The notes: generated by a model not told the origin, from the letters alone. 64,000 nucleotides of DNA from an uncultured Phycisphaerales bacterium (GCA_963755915.1 CAVWLP010000002.1:4192001-4256000); one strand, 5' to 3'. Counted from the first letter of the stretch, positions 1 to 11,626 are shown. Program-made: numbers and translations.

Positions 1-368
1 GCCGGAATCACGCTCTCCAGCACCGCCCCCAGCGGCGCGCAGTAATACCGCCCGATCCACCGCGCCAGTTCCATCACCGCGGGAGCGATCAGAATGCGCT
101 CATCATCAACGGCCAGCAAATTTTTAAGCCTCGGCAGCTCGCTCTTATCGCGCAGACCCGCCACCCATCCGCGCACCGCCCGATTGCCGCGTCCCAGCGG
201 AATCCGCACCCGCATCCCGGCATGGACCCGTCCCACCAATCGCTTTGGAATCGCATAATCCAAAACCCGATCCAGCCCCTGCTCGAGCACGACCTGCGCC
301 ACCGGCCCATCAACCGATTGGACCTCGGGCGGTTCAAGCTGCGGAAATAGCGTCGCCGATTCGCTCAA
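1..368 (-). CDS. priA: Primosomal protein N' (5' part, runs off the window)
   Basis: Not in the ORF track. Manual translation from TTG at 368 gives MSESATLFPQ...AQVVLEQGLDRVLDYAIP...GMRVRIPLGRGNR...MELARWIGRYYCAPLGAVLESVIP, the PriA 3'-DNA-binding N-terminus. Confidence 0.88.
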   Translation of the reverse strand, partial: MSESATLFPQLEPPEVQSVDGPVAQVVLEQGLDRVLDYAIPKRLVGRVHAGMRVRIPLGRGNRAVRGWVAGLRDKSELPRLKNLLAVDDERILIAPAVMELARWIGRYYCAPLGAVLESVIP

Positions 369-476
369 TTTTCTCTCTCGTGCTTTGTGACTTTAGTCCT
401 CGATGGCGTGTTAGGCAAATGTTCGCATCGCATCCGTCGAGACATTTCCCCTCTTGCCAGATAAACTTGCCCGCTT

Positions 477-1373
477 ATGACCGATTCAACCACGCTTCAC
501 CTCGACGACCGCCCTTTCAACCGCTGGGTCCTCACTCTCTGGACGCCTCACGGCGTGCGCGCCCGCGTGGCCATCGCCCTGGCCCTGATCGCCAATTGCC
601 TGATCTTTTATTTCGCCTCCCGCTGGTTTGGGTTTCCCGTGCTTCCGGGATTCGATGGCAGCATCTTCTGCCAGCCTTCGCCTATCACCGCCTTTCTGCT
701 GGTCGCGATCCTTCTGGCCATCGGCGCGTTCGTCGGCACCTTCATCGCCGGCGCAGTGCGCTTCGAGGCCGGGCTTTTCGCCGCCTGCTTTGCCATGACC
801 ATCCTCTCCCAGCGCTGCGGAAACATGCAGGAAGTGCTTTTCGAAGCCGGCGGCGATTCATCGGTTTTTTACCGGCTGGCCGCTGAACTCCTCGTCCTGG
901 GCCTTCTCCTCGCCGCGATCTGGGCCGGTCTATGGGCGATGGCCAAGGCCGCCCATTCTGAGGCGCCTCCGCCTCCGGCTGTCGGCTCCACGCTTGTGAA
1001 CAACCTCACCGCCACGATCGCCCAGACCGTCGCCACCGCGATCATCGTCTTCGTCCTCTGCCAGGCCCCGGCAAAAAATCAGGTCCAGGCGTCGATCGGC
1101 ATCGCCTCCTGGCTCGGCGCAATGATCGCCTACAAATACGCCCCCGCCCGGCCCAGCTTCTGGTTCTGGATCGGGCCAATTCTCGTCGGGCTCATCGGAT
1201 ACATCCTCGCCGCCGCCGGGCAGGATTCGACCCTCCAGATCGGCGTCCCCACCGGCCCCTACGCCCCATTCGCGCGGCCGCTGCCGCTGGATTATGCCGG
1301 CATCGGCGTCGCCGCCGCGATCCTTGGCTACTGGATGATGCGCAAGGCCGACATCGGCGTTGGCGTGAGTTGA
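477..1373 (+). CDS. Hypothetical polytopic membrane protein
   Basis: 298-aa ORF with roughly 8-9 hydrophobic segments and host-like codon usage; no family recognised. Confidence 0.75.
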   Translation: MTDSTTLHLDDRPFNRWVLTLWTPHGVRARVAIALALIANCLIFYFASRWFGFPVLPGFDGSIFCQPSPITAFLLVAILLAIGAFVGTFIAGAVRFEAGLFAACFAMTILSQRCGNMQEVLFEAGGDSSVFYRLAAELLVLGLLLAAIWAGLWAMAKAAHSEAPPPPAVGSTLVNNLTATIAQTVATAIIVFVLCQAPAKNQVQASIGIASWLGAMIAYKYAPARPSFWFWIGPILVGLIGYILAAAGQDSTLQIGVPTGPYAPFARPLPLDYAGIGVAAAILGYWMMRKADIGVGVS

Positions 1374-1377
1374 ACCG

Positions 1378-2019
1378 CTATCCCAAAACCATAAACATCG
1401 TAAACATCGCCAGCCACACCACGTCCAGAAAATGCCAGTATCTGGCCACGAACTGCACCCCCAGGAAATTCTCGTGGTCGTACTTCCCCCCGCGCATCCT
1501 CGCCGTCACGACCGCCAGCGCCACAATCCCCCCCAGCACGTGAAGCGCGTGCACCAGGATCAGCACGAACACCAGCCCATACGCCGACACCGGCGCGAAT
1601 TGCCCCGGCGACTTTCCCGCCGCCGATTGCTCCGCCAGCGCCTCGTGCTGCTGAAGAATCGTCGCCATGCAGGGCGACTGAACCGCGAGGAAGAGCACCG
1701 CGATCACGCACGTCACATAGAGGAATTTCAGGCACAGGTCCTGCTTCTCCCGCCGGATTGCGACCACCGCGCGATGGATCGTAAAGCTTCCCGCCAGGAG
1801 CACAGCCGTGCTCAGCCACGTCAGGTAGGGGAGGTGGATTTCGGCGTTTGAAAGCTGGTTTCCAAAAAAATGCAGCCGCAGCAGGATGTACAGCCACATG
1901 CTGGCGATAAAGAGCATCGCCAGCGCGGCCAGAACCAGCCACAATCCGATCGCGGATGCGCGGGGCGGAGGGCGAAAACCACCTTTGGAGTTGAAGGTCA
2001 CAAGAAATCCGCCGGACAC
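1378..2019 (-). CDS. Heme-copper oxidase subunit III family protein (second, short paralogue)
   Basis: Motifs HALHVLGG and YWHFLDVVW; last gene of the oxidase operon. Confidence 0.88.
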   Translation of the reverse strand: MSGGFLVTFNSKGGFRPPPRASAIGLWLVLAALAMLFIASMWLYILLRLHFFGNQLSNAEIHLPYLTWLSTAVLLAGSFTIHRAVVAIRREKQDLCLKFLYVTCVIAVLFLAVQSPCMATILQQHEALAEQSAAGKSPGQFAPVSAYGLVFVLILVHALHVLGGIVALAVVTARMRGGKYDHENFLGVQFVARYWHFLDVVWLAMFTMFMVLG

Positions 2020-2037
2020 CCCGCAAAGCGTGTCGTG

Positions 2038-2421
2038 CTATGGCGCTTTCACCGCCATCGGCGTCGGTTTCAACTGCGGCTGGTAGGAATTCGAATCCAG
2101 CAGCGCCAGCCCGATGAACAGGGCCACAAAAAACAGCGCCGAAACCAGGGCCAATCCGTTAAACGGGCTGTCCCATCGCAAATGCATGAAATAAAGGCAG
2201 ACCAGACTCCCCTTGATCACCGCGATCAGCAGCGCCACCCAGATATTCGCCTGCCCCAGGTCGACAAATGACACCGCGACGGTGATGACCGTACAGATGA
2301 TCAGCACCGAATAGACCGCCAGGAGTATCCGCCGGGGCACGGCGTGAACGCCGTGCGGCGCTTCGGGACCGACATCGTCCGCGACCGGGGCGGGAACATC
2401 ATGTGAATGTGGCAGGCTCAT
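2038..2421 (-). CDS. ctaF: Cytochrome c oxidase subunit IV family protein
   Basis: Three TM helices and IAVIKGSLVCLYFMHLRWD motif. Confidence 0.88.
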   Translation of the reverse strand: MSLPHSHDVPAPVADDVGPEAPHGVHAVPRRILLAVYSVLIICTVITVAVSFVDLGQANIWVALLIAVIKGSLVCLYFMHLRWDSPFNGLALVSALFFVALFIGLALLDSNSYQPQLKPTPMAVKAP

Positions 2422-2431
2422 AAATCGTCCA

Positions 2432-3379
2432 TCAGTGAATCAAGTAAAGCAGCGGAAAGAGGAATATCCAGATCAGATCGACCAGGTGCCAGTAAAGTCC
2501 GACCAGATCGACCGGCGTAAAATATTCCGAGCTGAATTCATTTCGCAGCGAACGGATCAGGATCCAGGTAATCAGCCCCATCCCCACCAGCACGTGGATC
2601 CCGTGCAGGCCGGTCATCAGAAAGTAGCAACTGAAGAAGGTGTTCACCCGCCACTGGTCGGAATCGGAAAGCTCGCGATAGCGCTCCTCGCGCAGCTCCT
2701 CGGGCGAAAGCTTTGGCTCCTCCGACTCGCTCGCCGAGGTTCCCTGGACGATCGTCTGGCTCAAATCGAAGTTATACCTCGGCCTGATCTGGCTGATGTC
2801 CACGCCGATATTCGCGTCTGTCAGGGTCGGATCGGGCCGGGTGCTGGGAATCGCAATCTGCACCGCCGGCATCGTCGCCGGCTGGGCCGGAGGCGCTTCG
2901 CTGTAAGGATGCGTAAACTCCCCGTTATACATGTTCCATTTGCCCACCCAGACGTTCTCCTGCAACTTCGCGGTGTATTCGATCGACTTGACGATCATGA
3001 ACCCCAGCCGCCCCAGCAGCGTCATGGACAGGCATGCGATCAGGAGTTTCCTTTGGTTGAGCTGGGCCGCCCGCACGCCCCAGGCCATCGTCAAGCTGCT
3101 GGTGATGAGGATGATCGTGTTCAGCGTCCCCCACTTGGTGTTCAGATACGATTCCGCCGCGAATTTAAAGACCAGCGGATGATTGTGCCGGTAGATTGAG
3201 TACACGCAGAACAATCCCCCGAACATCAGGATTTCCGTCCCCAGAAACACCCACATCCCCAGCTTGGCCGAGGTAAACTGCTGCTCCGGCGTATCGAAGT
3301 GATGCGCCAGGTGCGGATCGTGGTGGGCGTGTCCGTGTCCGCCGGCCGAAGGTTGAGATGCTGTCGATGCTGTGCTCAT
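2432..3379 (-). CDS. ctaE: Cytochrome c oxidase subunit III
   Basis: KLGMWVFLGTEILMFGGLF, TGLHGIHVLVG and GLYWHLVDLIWIFLFPLLYL; long soluble loop insertion. Confidence 0.92.
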   Translation of the reverse strand: MSTASTASQPSAGGHGHAHHDPHLAHHFDTPEQQFTSAKLGMWVFLGTEILMFGGLFCVYSIYRHNHPLVFKFAAESYLNTKWGTLNTIILITSSLTMAWGVRAAQLNQRKLLIACLSMTLLGRLGFMIVKSIEYTAKLQENVWVGKWNMYNGEFTHPYSEAPPAQPATMPAVQIAIPSTRPDPTLTDANIGVDISQIRPRYNFDLSQTIVQGTSASESEEPKLSPEELREERYRELSDSDQWRVNTFFSCYFLMTGLHGIHVLVGMGLITWILIRSLRNEFSSEYFTPVDLVGLYWHLVDLIWIFLFPLLYLIH

Positions 3380-3397
3380 TCCTTTTCGCTTCTCCCC

Positions 3398-5170
3398 TTA
3401 ATAATGAATCGGCCGGGTCCGGTCCGACGCACGCGCCAGTTCCGGCGTCGTGCGCGGCACCCAGTTCTCCGTGGCCGCGTCATATTCCCACGCCGCAAGG
3501 TTATACGGATCATCCGCAACCGGCGGCAACCGGGAAATTATCGTGCGGCGGCGGCGAGGACGTATGCCATTCCAGCGTGTTCCCGCCCCACGGATTCGAC
3601 GGCGCTTTCTTGCCCCACTTCAGCGCGTGCATCCAGTTGAACAAAACCGTGAACAGCGAAATCGCCATGATATAGGCGCCGACGGTCGAGATATCGTGAT
3701 AGATCTGGAACTGCGCCGGATACGTCGCCCAGCGTCGCGGCGAGCCGTGCGCCCCCATCACAAACTGCGGGAAGAACGTCACGTTGAACCCGATGAACAG
3801 CATAATCGCCGCCGCCCGGCCCCAGAACTGGTTGGTCATCTTCCCGAACATCTTCGGGAACCAGTGATACATCCCGGCAAGGAACGCGAAGACCATGCTC
3901 CCCACCATCACGTAGTGGAAGTGGGCGATCACGAAATAAGTGTCATGCAGCGGCACGTCCGTCTGAAGAGCGCCGAGGAATAATCCCGTAAGCCCCCCCA
4001 CCGTGAAGAGAAGAATGAACCCCATCGCAAAAAGCATCGCCGGCGTGAAACGGATCGACCCGCGATAAAGCGTCCCCAGCCAGTTAAACACCTTCACGGC
4101 CGATGGAATCGCGACGCTGAAAGTCAGCAGGCTGAAGATCGAATCGGCCAGGTTCGACTGGCCGGCGACGAACAGATGGTGGCCCCAGACCAGGAAGCCC
4201 AGCAGCGCCAGAGCGATCGAGCTGATGGCAATGAAGCTGTATCCGAAAATGTGCTTGCGGCTGTGGACCGAAATCACTTCGCTGATGACGCCCATACCCG
4301 GCAGGATCATGATGTAAACCGCCGGGTGGGAATAAAACCAGAAGAAGTGCTGGAACAGCACGGGATCGCCGCCGAGCGAGGAATCGAAAATTCCCACGTG
4401 CAGCAATCGCTCGCAAACCAGCAGCAAAAGCGTAATCGCCAGCACCGGCGTCGCGAGGATCTGGATGATACTGGTCGCATAGAGTGCCCAGAGAAAAAGC
4501 GGCATGCGGAACCACGTCATCCCGCGCGGGCGAAGAGTGTGGATCGAGGCAATGAAGTTCACGCCGGTCAGAATTGAGCTGAAGCCCAGAATAAATGCGC
4601 CCAGGACGCCGGCCACCATTCCGTCCTCCGCCTTGGAGGTGCTGAAAGGAGTATAAAAGGTCCATCCGGTATCCAGGCCGTAGCCGAACGGAAGATGAAT
4701 GCCCCACAAAACTCTTAAGAATTCCGCCGAATAATACCCAAAGGAAGAAGCATGCCCCCGCCACGTAAATGTAAAAGCTCAGCAGGTTGAGCCTTGGAAA
4801 TGCCACGTCCTTGGCCCCAAGCATCAGGGGCAAAATCAAATTCCCGAGTATTGCCGGGACCGCGGGAATGATGAACATGAAGACCATCACCGTCCCGTGC
4901 AAGCTAAACATATTGTTGTAAAACAGCTTTGCCTTTGCATCGCTGGCGGGATCGCTTCCAAACATCCAGTGGTTCGGCGTCAGCAGTGAAGTGCGTAGAA
5001 GCACCGCAAACATCCCCCCAATGCAAAAATGCCGTGAGCACCGCCCCCATGTACATCAGCCCGATGCGTTTGTGATCGAGCGTAAACAGCCACGACTTCA
5101 ACCCCCGATCGTGCGTCAGATAGTTATCTGGCTGCGAATCTCCATGCGATACTTCATGTGCTAGCGACAT
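3398..5170 (-). CDS. ctaD: Cytochrome c oxidase subunit I, type A2 (apparent frameshifts near 5030, 4710 and 3530)
   Basis: Fragments 4904-5170 (TLDHKRIG), 4084-5013 ([15 protein letters not shown]) and 3510-4709 ([17 protein letters not shown]). YSHPxVY is the A2 signature. Stitched C-terminus ends ...RPIHY* at 3398. Confidence 0.93.
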
Positions 5171-5188
5171 ACGACACTCCCGGGCGTG

Positions 5189-6226
5189 CTATGGTTTGGC
5201 CGCCCCACCACTCGGTTTGGTTGCCGGTGAACTCGCCGACAAAACCGCCGGGTGATAATACTTACTAATCGACTTTATGTACGCGATGATGTCCTTCACA
5301 TCTTTTTCCTGCAAGAGCCCATCCGTGGGCGGCATGATCGGATTGAAGCCCGCAATCGGATGGATATTCGGGTGCGTGATCACCGTGTGCAGGTAGTTCT
5401 CGTCAGCGGTGTAGGTGCCGTCGAGGGCCACGACGGTACTCATGTACAAATCCTTCCACGTCGGCGCCTTGCCTGTCGCCGCTCCGTCGACACTGTGGCA
5501 CTGCTGGCAACCGCGCGTCTCCCACAAATAATGCCCGCGCTCCACCGGCGGCAACCCGCCTCCGCCGAGCTTGCCCAGCCAATCCACAAATTCCGCTCGC
5601 GACTGAACCACCACATGGTTCCGCATCGATGAATGGTCCTGCCCACAATATTGCGTGCAGTAAACGTCAAACGTGCCCAGCATCGTCGCCTGAACCCAGA
5701 TCTTGTTATACCGCCCCGGAACCACGTCCTTCTTGATCCGGAAGATCGGCATGTAAAAACCGTGCAGCACGTCGTCGCTGGATAATACGAACACCACCGG
5801 CGTGTTGACCGGAATGTGCAGCTCGTTCGACTGCTCCCCATTGGGATACCGGAACGTGTACGACCACATCCGCGCCGTCACATCCACTTCATACGAATCC
5901 GGCGGCGGAACCGCCAGCGCCAGGTATCCCTTGAACCCATAAAAGAAAATCACGATGACGATCAGCGTGGGAATAAACGTCCACGTCAGCTCAAGGGCCG
6001 TGTTGTGCTTGGGCGCATCCAGCATCGGCTGGCCTTCGCGATAGCGATATTTCCACGCAAAGCCCACCAGAAGCACAAGGATCAGCATGAAAAAGAAGAC
6101 GCAGATCCAGTAAATGAAGAAGAAGAGCCAGTCAACGCTGGCGGCGTTGGTCGACCCTTGCGGCGGCATCCAGAATCCGCCCCAGGTGTTGTCGTCAGCG
6201 AGAATGTTCAACAACATTGCGCTCAT
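5189..6226 (-). CDS. ctaC: Cytochrome c oxidase subunit II with fused C-terminal cytochrome c (caa3 type)
   Basis: LELTWTFIP, DVLHGF, CuA motif CTQYCGQDHSSM and heme c motif CQQCH. Probable start ATG 6226 overlaps the SCO stop (TGATG). Confidence 0.92.
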   Translation of the reverse strand: MSAMLLNILADDNTWGGFWMPPQGSTNAASVDWLFFFIYWICVFFFMLILVLLVGFAWKYRYREGQPMLDAPKHNTALELTWTFIPTLIVIVIFFYGFKGYLALAVPPPDSYEVDVTARMWSYTFRYPNGEQSNELHIPVNTPVVFVLSSDDVLHGFYMPIFRIKKDVVPGRYNKIWVQATMLGTFDVYCTQYCGQDHSSMRNHVVVQSRAEFVDWLGKLGGGGLPPVERGHYLWETRGCQQCHSVDGAATGKAPTWKDLYMSTVVALDGTYTADENYLHTVITHPNIHPIAGFNPIMPPTDGLLQEKDVKDIIAYIKSISKYYHPAVLSASSPATKPSGGAAKP

Positions 6227-7098
6227 CAGGCCGTTCCCTCTTCTGGCTTTTGCCGCGCCTTCGCTTCCAGCATGTGCGCATGAACGTTGCGCTTGGACAT
6301 CCAGAAAATCGCGCCGCCCAAAATCATCACCGTCAGGACTCCACCCACTCGCATTGAATTCATCGCCACCATCGAATATTTCCCCGCCTTCGGATCCCAA
6401 CTGCAGCAGATCAGTAGGATCTGGTCCATGGTCGTCCCGATCTGCTCGTGCGATGCCTCCACCAGCGACAGCCGCAGCGTGAGCGGCGCAAACGTCACTC
6501 CATAGAGGTATCGGGAAATCTTCCCCTCCGGCGTAATGACCATGATCACTGCCGGGTGGGAAAATTGTCCGTTATTCATCGTCTGATAGCGAAAGCCCAC
6601 TGTCGTTGCCAGTACGCCGATCTCGTTGGGCTTGCCGATAAGAAGGTGAAACCCGGAGGCTGCCTGCGGTTTGCCGTAGGCGGTGATGTAGCTGTTGCGC
6701 TTGAGGGTCGCGAGGGCCGGTGTGTCCGTCGGGTCGATGCTCACGAATGTAAAATCCCAATCTTTGCCGATTTCCAGATCGATTTTCTGTGCCGACTCAA
6801 CCACGCTGCGCGAAACCGCGTCGCAGAGCATCGGGCAGTCGAGGTATCCCAACTGCAAAACCATCGGATGCCCGGGGCGGAGAATCTTGCCGAGCGTTAT
6901 ATATTGCCCGTTTTCGTCATAAAAGCGTGCGTCCAGCGGGAGCTGCGAATTGAGGTGCTCGTCGACACCGACGTTGCGGTAGACCGCCGGAAGCTGCGTG
7001 CCCGCCGCCGCGCTCGGTACATCATCCGCACGCGCACCACCGCACAAGGCCGTCATCACAGCGGCCATCGCCAGCGAAATTGTCAGCATCGTTTTCAT
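6226..7098 (-). CDS. SCO1/SenC family copper chaperone
   Basis: Signal peptide MKTMLTISLAMAAV, YLDCPMLC (CxxxC), VSIDP, HPAVIMVITPEGKISRYLYG and a C-terminal TM helix. Confidence 0.88.
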   Translation of the reverse strand: MKTMLTISLAMAAVMTALCGGARADDVPSAAAGTQLPAVYRNVGVDEHLNSQLPLDARFYDENGQYITLGKILRPGHPMVLQLGYLDCPMLCDAVSRSVVESAQKIDLEIGKDWDFTFVSIDPTDTPALATLKRNSYITAYGKPQAASGFHLLIGKPNEIGVLATTVGFRYQTMNNGQFSHPAVIMVITPEGKISRYLYGVTFAPLTLRLSLVEASHEQIGTTMDQILLICCSWDPKAGKYSMVAMNSMRVGGVLTVMILGGAIFWMSKRNVHAHMLEAKARQKPEEGTA

Positions 7099-7099
7099 G

Positions 7100-7426
7100 C
7101 TACGGCAGATTCCCGCCATGCGATTCCAGGTATTCCATCGACACCTTGATCGGAATCGCCACTTTGTCCTTCTTGGTCGCATCCACCCAGTGCGGCTTGG
7201 CATCGAGGGCCAGCTTCTGTCCCTGCTGAAGCTGGGCCAGCGTCGTATCCGGCGCGTCGCCGTCCAAGGCTCTCTCGGCCGCCTCCTGGGACTTGACGGT
7301 AAATTCGTTCATCTCTTCGCTCTGATACCACGCCTGCATTCCGATCACGATCACCAGCACCATCAGTGCGGAGATGACTCCGATCGTGAGCAGCAGCGCC
7401 ACATTGACTTCCTGTTTGAACGCCAT
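7100..7426 (-). CDS. Small single-TM protein in the ACIII-oxidase operon (possibly ActG-like)
   Basis: ATG 7426: MAFKQEVNVALLLTIGVISALMVLVIVIGMQAWY...VAIPIKVSMEYL; sits between actF and SCO. Confidence 0.65.
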   Translation of the reverse strand: MAFKQEVNVALLLTIGVISALMVLVIVIGMQAWYQSEEMNEFTVKSQEAAERALDGDAPDTTLAQLQQGQKLALDAKPHWVDATKKDKVAIPIKVSMEYLESHGGNLP

Positions 7427-7436
7427 GTTCCAAATC

Positions 7437-8679
7437 CTAGAAGTTCTCGAACGCCAGCGAATCCGCCAGCCGCGGGTCGTGCGTCGGCCGCACCGGATTG
7501 TGCATCGCCCGCCGCAAAACAAACGCCATAAAAATCCCGCCCATGCCCAGCATCAGCGCAGAGTCGATGGTCAATCGATCCAAAATGCAATGTCCCGTTG
7601 TCATATTCCGGCATCACCAGCCAGAACATATCCAGCCAGCAAAACGCCAGGCACCACACCGCCCAGAACGATATCCCGGCTTGCTCCGCTTCACATGCCG
7701 CGAGAGCAATCCCGGGAACGGAATCAGAAAATGCCCCGTCAACAGCGACAGAACACACAGGAGAGAAATCGTTGGGCTGCAGCGTCGATGCTCCGTGCAA
7801 GAGAAACCAGCCGGTTTCGTCCGGAATATTTCCATACCACTGGAGCATGAACTGGCTGAACGCGATGTAGCCCCAGAAAAACGTAAACCCGAACATGAAT
7901 TTGCCGAGGTCGTGGTAATGTTCGGTCGTAACGCTCTCAACCAGCAATCCCTTGCTTTGCAGAATACCGCACGCTGAGCACCAGCGTCGAAAAGAGCGCC
8001 AGCGCGCTGCCGCCAAAATAATAAACCCCGAAAATCGTGCTGTACCACACCGGGTCGATCGACATGATCCAGTCCCAGGCGGCAAACGTCAGCGTCAGCC
8101 CAAAGAGCACCAGCCCAATCGGCGCCCGGTGCTGCATTTTGAGCGTCAGATTCATGTCGCCGGTGCTGTCCTGCAGGACCGACGTCTTCCAGTACCACAG
8201 CCCGTAAATCGTCCAGACCAGCGAAATAAATCACCGCGCGGATAACGAAGAATCCCGGCTGAAGCCACCACCCCTTGAACCCTGCGCCCGCCGACCATCC
8301 CGGAACCGCCCAGTGATAGAGCGACCCATGCCCCATCAGCAGCGACGCGAAGATCGGCAGCGAGAGCAGCGCCAAGAGCCACAGGCTCGATCCATACCAC
8401 TCGGCAATTCGCCGGACGCTGACGCTCCACCCGGCCTTGGTGACGTGCTGGAGCATCACGAAGAAGAGGCCGCCCAGCGCAATTGCCAGGTAAAACAGGA
8501 ACGCGACCAGTAGGAATAGAAAAATCGCTTGAAATTCATCCCCTTCGAAATATCCCAGCAGCACCGCCCCCGCCAGCCCGATTACTCCCAGGACCTGCGC
8601 CGCGAGGTAAAGCCCCCCGACATGTTGCCGAAGCTCCAGCTTCTCAGGGGCGGCGGAATTGTGAGTGTCCCGATTCCAA
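7437..8679 (-). CDS. actF: Alternative complex III subunit F (several apparent frameshifts; start approximate)
   Basis: Stitched fragments: LGGLFFVMLQHVTKAGWSVSVRRIAE, DWIMSIDPVWYSTIFG, HYHDLGKFMFGFTFFWGYIAFSQFMLQWYGNIPDET, end DPRLADSLAFENF*. Confidence 0.85.
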
Positions 8680-8682
8680 GGT

Positions 8683-9508
8683 CTATTTTCCTTCCAATGT
8701 CTGCATGTCCTGCGGCGACAGAACCGAAGGCGGCACGCCGCCCTGGCTGAGCTGCAGCGCCCGCACATACGCCACGATCGCCCAACGGTCTTCCACCGGA
8801 ATCTGCGGGCCATAAGCCGGCATGGTCCGGATCCCGTTGGTGATCGTATTGAAAATCTTCCCGTCCGGCTCGGCGCGGATCACATCGCTGTAAAGCTGCG
8901 CCGCCGGTGTCCAGCTTACGCCGATCGGATGCTGCGGGTCGGTATCCATCGCCTTCAATTCCAGAGCCTTCTGGTTCACCGGGCCATGCCCCGAGCCGTC
9001 GTACCCGTGGCACGGGTAGCAATAAATATTGAACCGGTTCTGGCCCCGCTCGATCAGCCGGGACATCCGCTCCTTCGAATCCGAAAGTTGCTCCGGCAGC
9101 GACGTGACAAAGACCACCGTCCACTTGCCTGAGCCGTCGTTCTGCCGCACGAACCCGTGATAGTAATTGTCGTCCGTTTCCAGCGTGTGATACGCCACCG
9201 TCCCCGGAATGATCGGCCTCATCGCCCGGTCATCCGCGAACAGCGAAAACGATCATCTGCGTCCCGCAGCTTCGGCTGCTTGCCCATGTCCTGCAGAAGC
9301 TGAATACGCGGCTCCGCCGATGTGGTCACCCGCGCCGCGCGATGATCGCCAGCGGAAGCCACGTCGCCACCACCCCGATCAGCGCCATCGCCACCATCCA
9401 GAACGGCGGCCGCGGCAGACGCGGCGACGGCATCTCCACCGGCACGTAATACGTCGGGCCGTATTGCGGTTCGTCATCCGGCTCAGGATGTGACGCCTGC
9501 TCGCTCAT
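8683..9508 (-). CDS. actE: Alternative complex III monoheme cytochrome c subunit E (frameshifted near 9250-9330)
   Basis: PRIQLLQDMGKQPK, RGQNRFNIYCYPCHG, GIRTMPAYGPQIPVEDRWAIVAYVRALQ. Confidence 0.87.
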
Positions 9509-9511
9509 TCA

Positions 9512-10105
9512 CTAGTCCTCAATGCGCTCAACGGATGTCGCTCCGACCGATTTCAAAAACTCTTCCGTCTTCGTCTCATCAAACTTCGCATCGTCTTTGG
9601 AGATCCAGATGAAAAACCGGTCTTGCGTCACGCGCTGGAACTTCGCGCTCTTGAACATCGGATTGTAAAGCAGCGGCAGCCGGTTCAATCCCAGCATCCC
9701 AAACACCGCCGTCAGCGAAGCAAACAGGACCGTACACTCGAAAATAATCACAACGTTCGCCGCGAAGCTCCACATCGGCTTGCCGCTGACGATGAGCGGA
9801 TAGTCATACGCATTGCAAAACCACTGCAATCCCATGCCGGTCAGCAGCCCCGCCAATCCGCCTCCCAGCACCAGCCAGGGCAAAATCGTCGGCCGGATGC
9901 CGATCACCGCATCAATGCCGTGAATCGGGAAACGGGCTGTGGACGTCCCACACCTTGTAACCCGCCGCCCGCGTCTTCTGCGCCGCCGAAACCACGGTGG
10001 AAAGGTCCGTCGAATTCTCCCAGCATGCCCATCAAAACCGGGCCGGAATCCAGCACGCTCCTTGCGGCCGTGTGCGTCTTCAATTTCTGTCAGTTCGGTC
10101 GACAT
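9512..10105 (-). CDS. actD: Alternative complex III subunit D (DUF3341-like; compensating internal frameshifts)
   Basis: FPIHGID, two TM helices, YPLIVSGKP and FECTVLFASL; position between actC and actE. Confidence 0.87.
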   Translation of the reverse strand: MSTELTEIEDAHGRKERAGFRPGFDGHAGRIRRTFPPWFRRRRRRGRRVTRCGTSTARFPIHGIDAVIGIRPTILPWLVLGGGLAGLLTGMGLQWFCNAYDYPLIVSGKPMWSFAANVVIIFECTVLFASLTAVFGMLGLNRLPLLYNPMFKSAKFQRVTQDRFFIWISKDDAKFDETKTEEFLKSVGATSVERIED

Positions 10106-10111
10106 AAAACC

Positions 10112-11623
10112 TCACCGATTCGAAAACCGCGGGGCATCATTATCAGGATCAAGATGCTCATCCGGACGATAATCCGTCCGCTTCGAATCCGCATCGTGCA
10201 ACTGATGGGCATGCTCATGGGCCTGCGGCATCACCGTCTTCACTTCCGCCATCGCTATCGTCGGCAAAAACCGGCAGAAGAGCAGGAACAGCGTCATGAA
10301 CAATCCAAAGCTTCCCGCCAGCGTGCACAGATCGACCCAGGTCGGCCAGAAGGCATGCCAGCTCGACGGCAGAAAATCCCGCGTCAGAGATTCAGGAATA
10401 ATTTCAAACCGCTCAAACCACATTCCAACATTGCCCAGCACGCCGATCACCCAGATCCACCACATGTTCATCCGCAGCTTTTTCGACCACAGCGTCTGCG
10501 GCGCCACCACGTTGCAGAAGACCATCGTGCACCAGCTCCAACAATACGGGCCAAATGCGCGATTATAGAACGTGAACTGCTCGTGCGGGTTGCTGCTATA
10601 GGCGGCGATGAAGAATTCCGTCATGTAGGAATAGCCCACCATCATGCTGGTCGCCAGCGTGATCTTGCACATGTTGTCCATGTGCCGCAGGGTGATGACG
10701 TCCTTAAGCCCAAAAAGCTGCCGCGCCGGAACCGCCAGGCAGATCACCATCGCAAACCCGCCGAAGATCGCCCCCGCCACGAAGTAAGGCGGGAACACCG
10801 TCGTATGCCAACCCGGAATCTGCGACACCGCCATGTCGAACGACACCGTCGAGTGCACCGAAAGCACCAGCGGCGTCGCCAGCGCCGCCAGCATCAGGTA
10901 GGCCCGTTCATAGCGGTGCCAGTGCCGGCTCGACCCGTTCCATCCCACCGAAAGAATCCCATAGGCAATCTGCTTGATCTTCGACTTCGAGCGGTCGCGG
11001 AACGTCGCGATGTCAGGGATCATCCCCATGTACCAGAAGAGCAGCGAAACCGTCGCATACGTGCCCACCGCGAATACGTCCCACATCAGCGGCGAACGGA
11101 ACTGCGGCCACAGGTCCATCTGGTCCGGAATCGGAAAGAGCCAGTAAGCCAGCCACGGCCGCCCCACGTGAATCCCCGGAAACAGCCCGGCGCAGCAGAC
11201 GGCGAAAATCGTCATCGCCTCCGCCAGCCGATTGATCCCCGTCCGCCAGTTTTGCCGGAAAAGGTAAAGAATCGCGCTGATCAGCGTTCCGGCGTGACCA
11301 ATTCCCACCCAGAAGACGAAATTAACGATTCCAAATCCCCACCCCACCGGCTGGTTATTTCCCCAGATGCCAATGCCGGTCAGGAACAGGTAGCCGACCA
11401 TCGACCCCAGCAACCCCAGCAGCGCCAGTGAAATCCCCAGCCCCACATACCACGCCTTCGGCGGCGCCGGGCGCTCCATCACGCTGGCGACCAGGGACGT
11501 CACCGTCGTGAAATCACGCCCGCCCGTCACCAGCGGGGCGCGAAAACGCGGATCTTCCGTCGTGTTGTCGGCTTCTTTCGTCGCTGCGATGCGTGAAAAT
11601 TCTGTTGACGCGATACTTGCCAT
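10112..11623 (-). CDS. actC: Alternative complex III quinol-binding subunit C (NrfD/PsrC family)
   Basis: [52 protein letters not shown]. Confidence 0.95.
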   Translation of the reverse strand: MASIASTEFSRIAATKEADNTTEDPRFRAPLVTGGRDFTTVTSLVASVMERPAPPKAWYVGLGISLALLGLLGSMVGYLFLTGIGIWGNNQPVGWGFGIVNFVFWVGIGHAGTLISAILYLFRQNWRTGINRLAEAMTIFAVCCAGLFPGIHVGRPWLAYWLFPIPDQMDLWPQFRSPLMWDVFAVGTYATVSLLFWYMGMIPDIATFRDRSKSKIKQIAYGILSVGWNGSSRHWHRYERAYLMLAALATPLVLSVHSTVSFDMAVSQIPGWHTTVFPPYFVAGAIFGGFAMVICLAVPARQLFGLKDVITLRHMDNMCKITLATSMMVGYSYMTEFFIAAYSSNPHEQFTFYNRAFGPYCWSWCTMVFCNVVAPQTLWSKKLRMNMWWIWVIGVLGNVGMWFERFEIIPESLTRDFLPSSWHAFWPTWVDLCTLAGSFGLFMTLFLLFCRFLPTIAMAEVKTVMPQAHEHAHQLHDADSKRTDYRPDEHLDPDNDAPRFSNR

Positions 11624-11626
11624 CTC

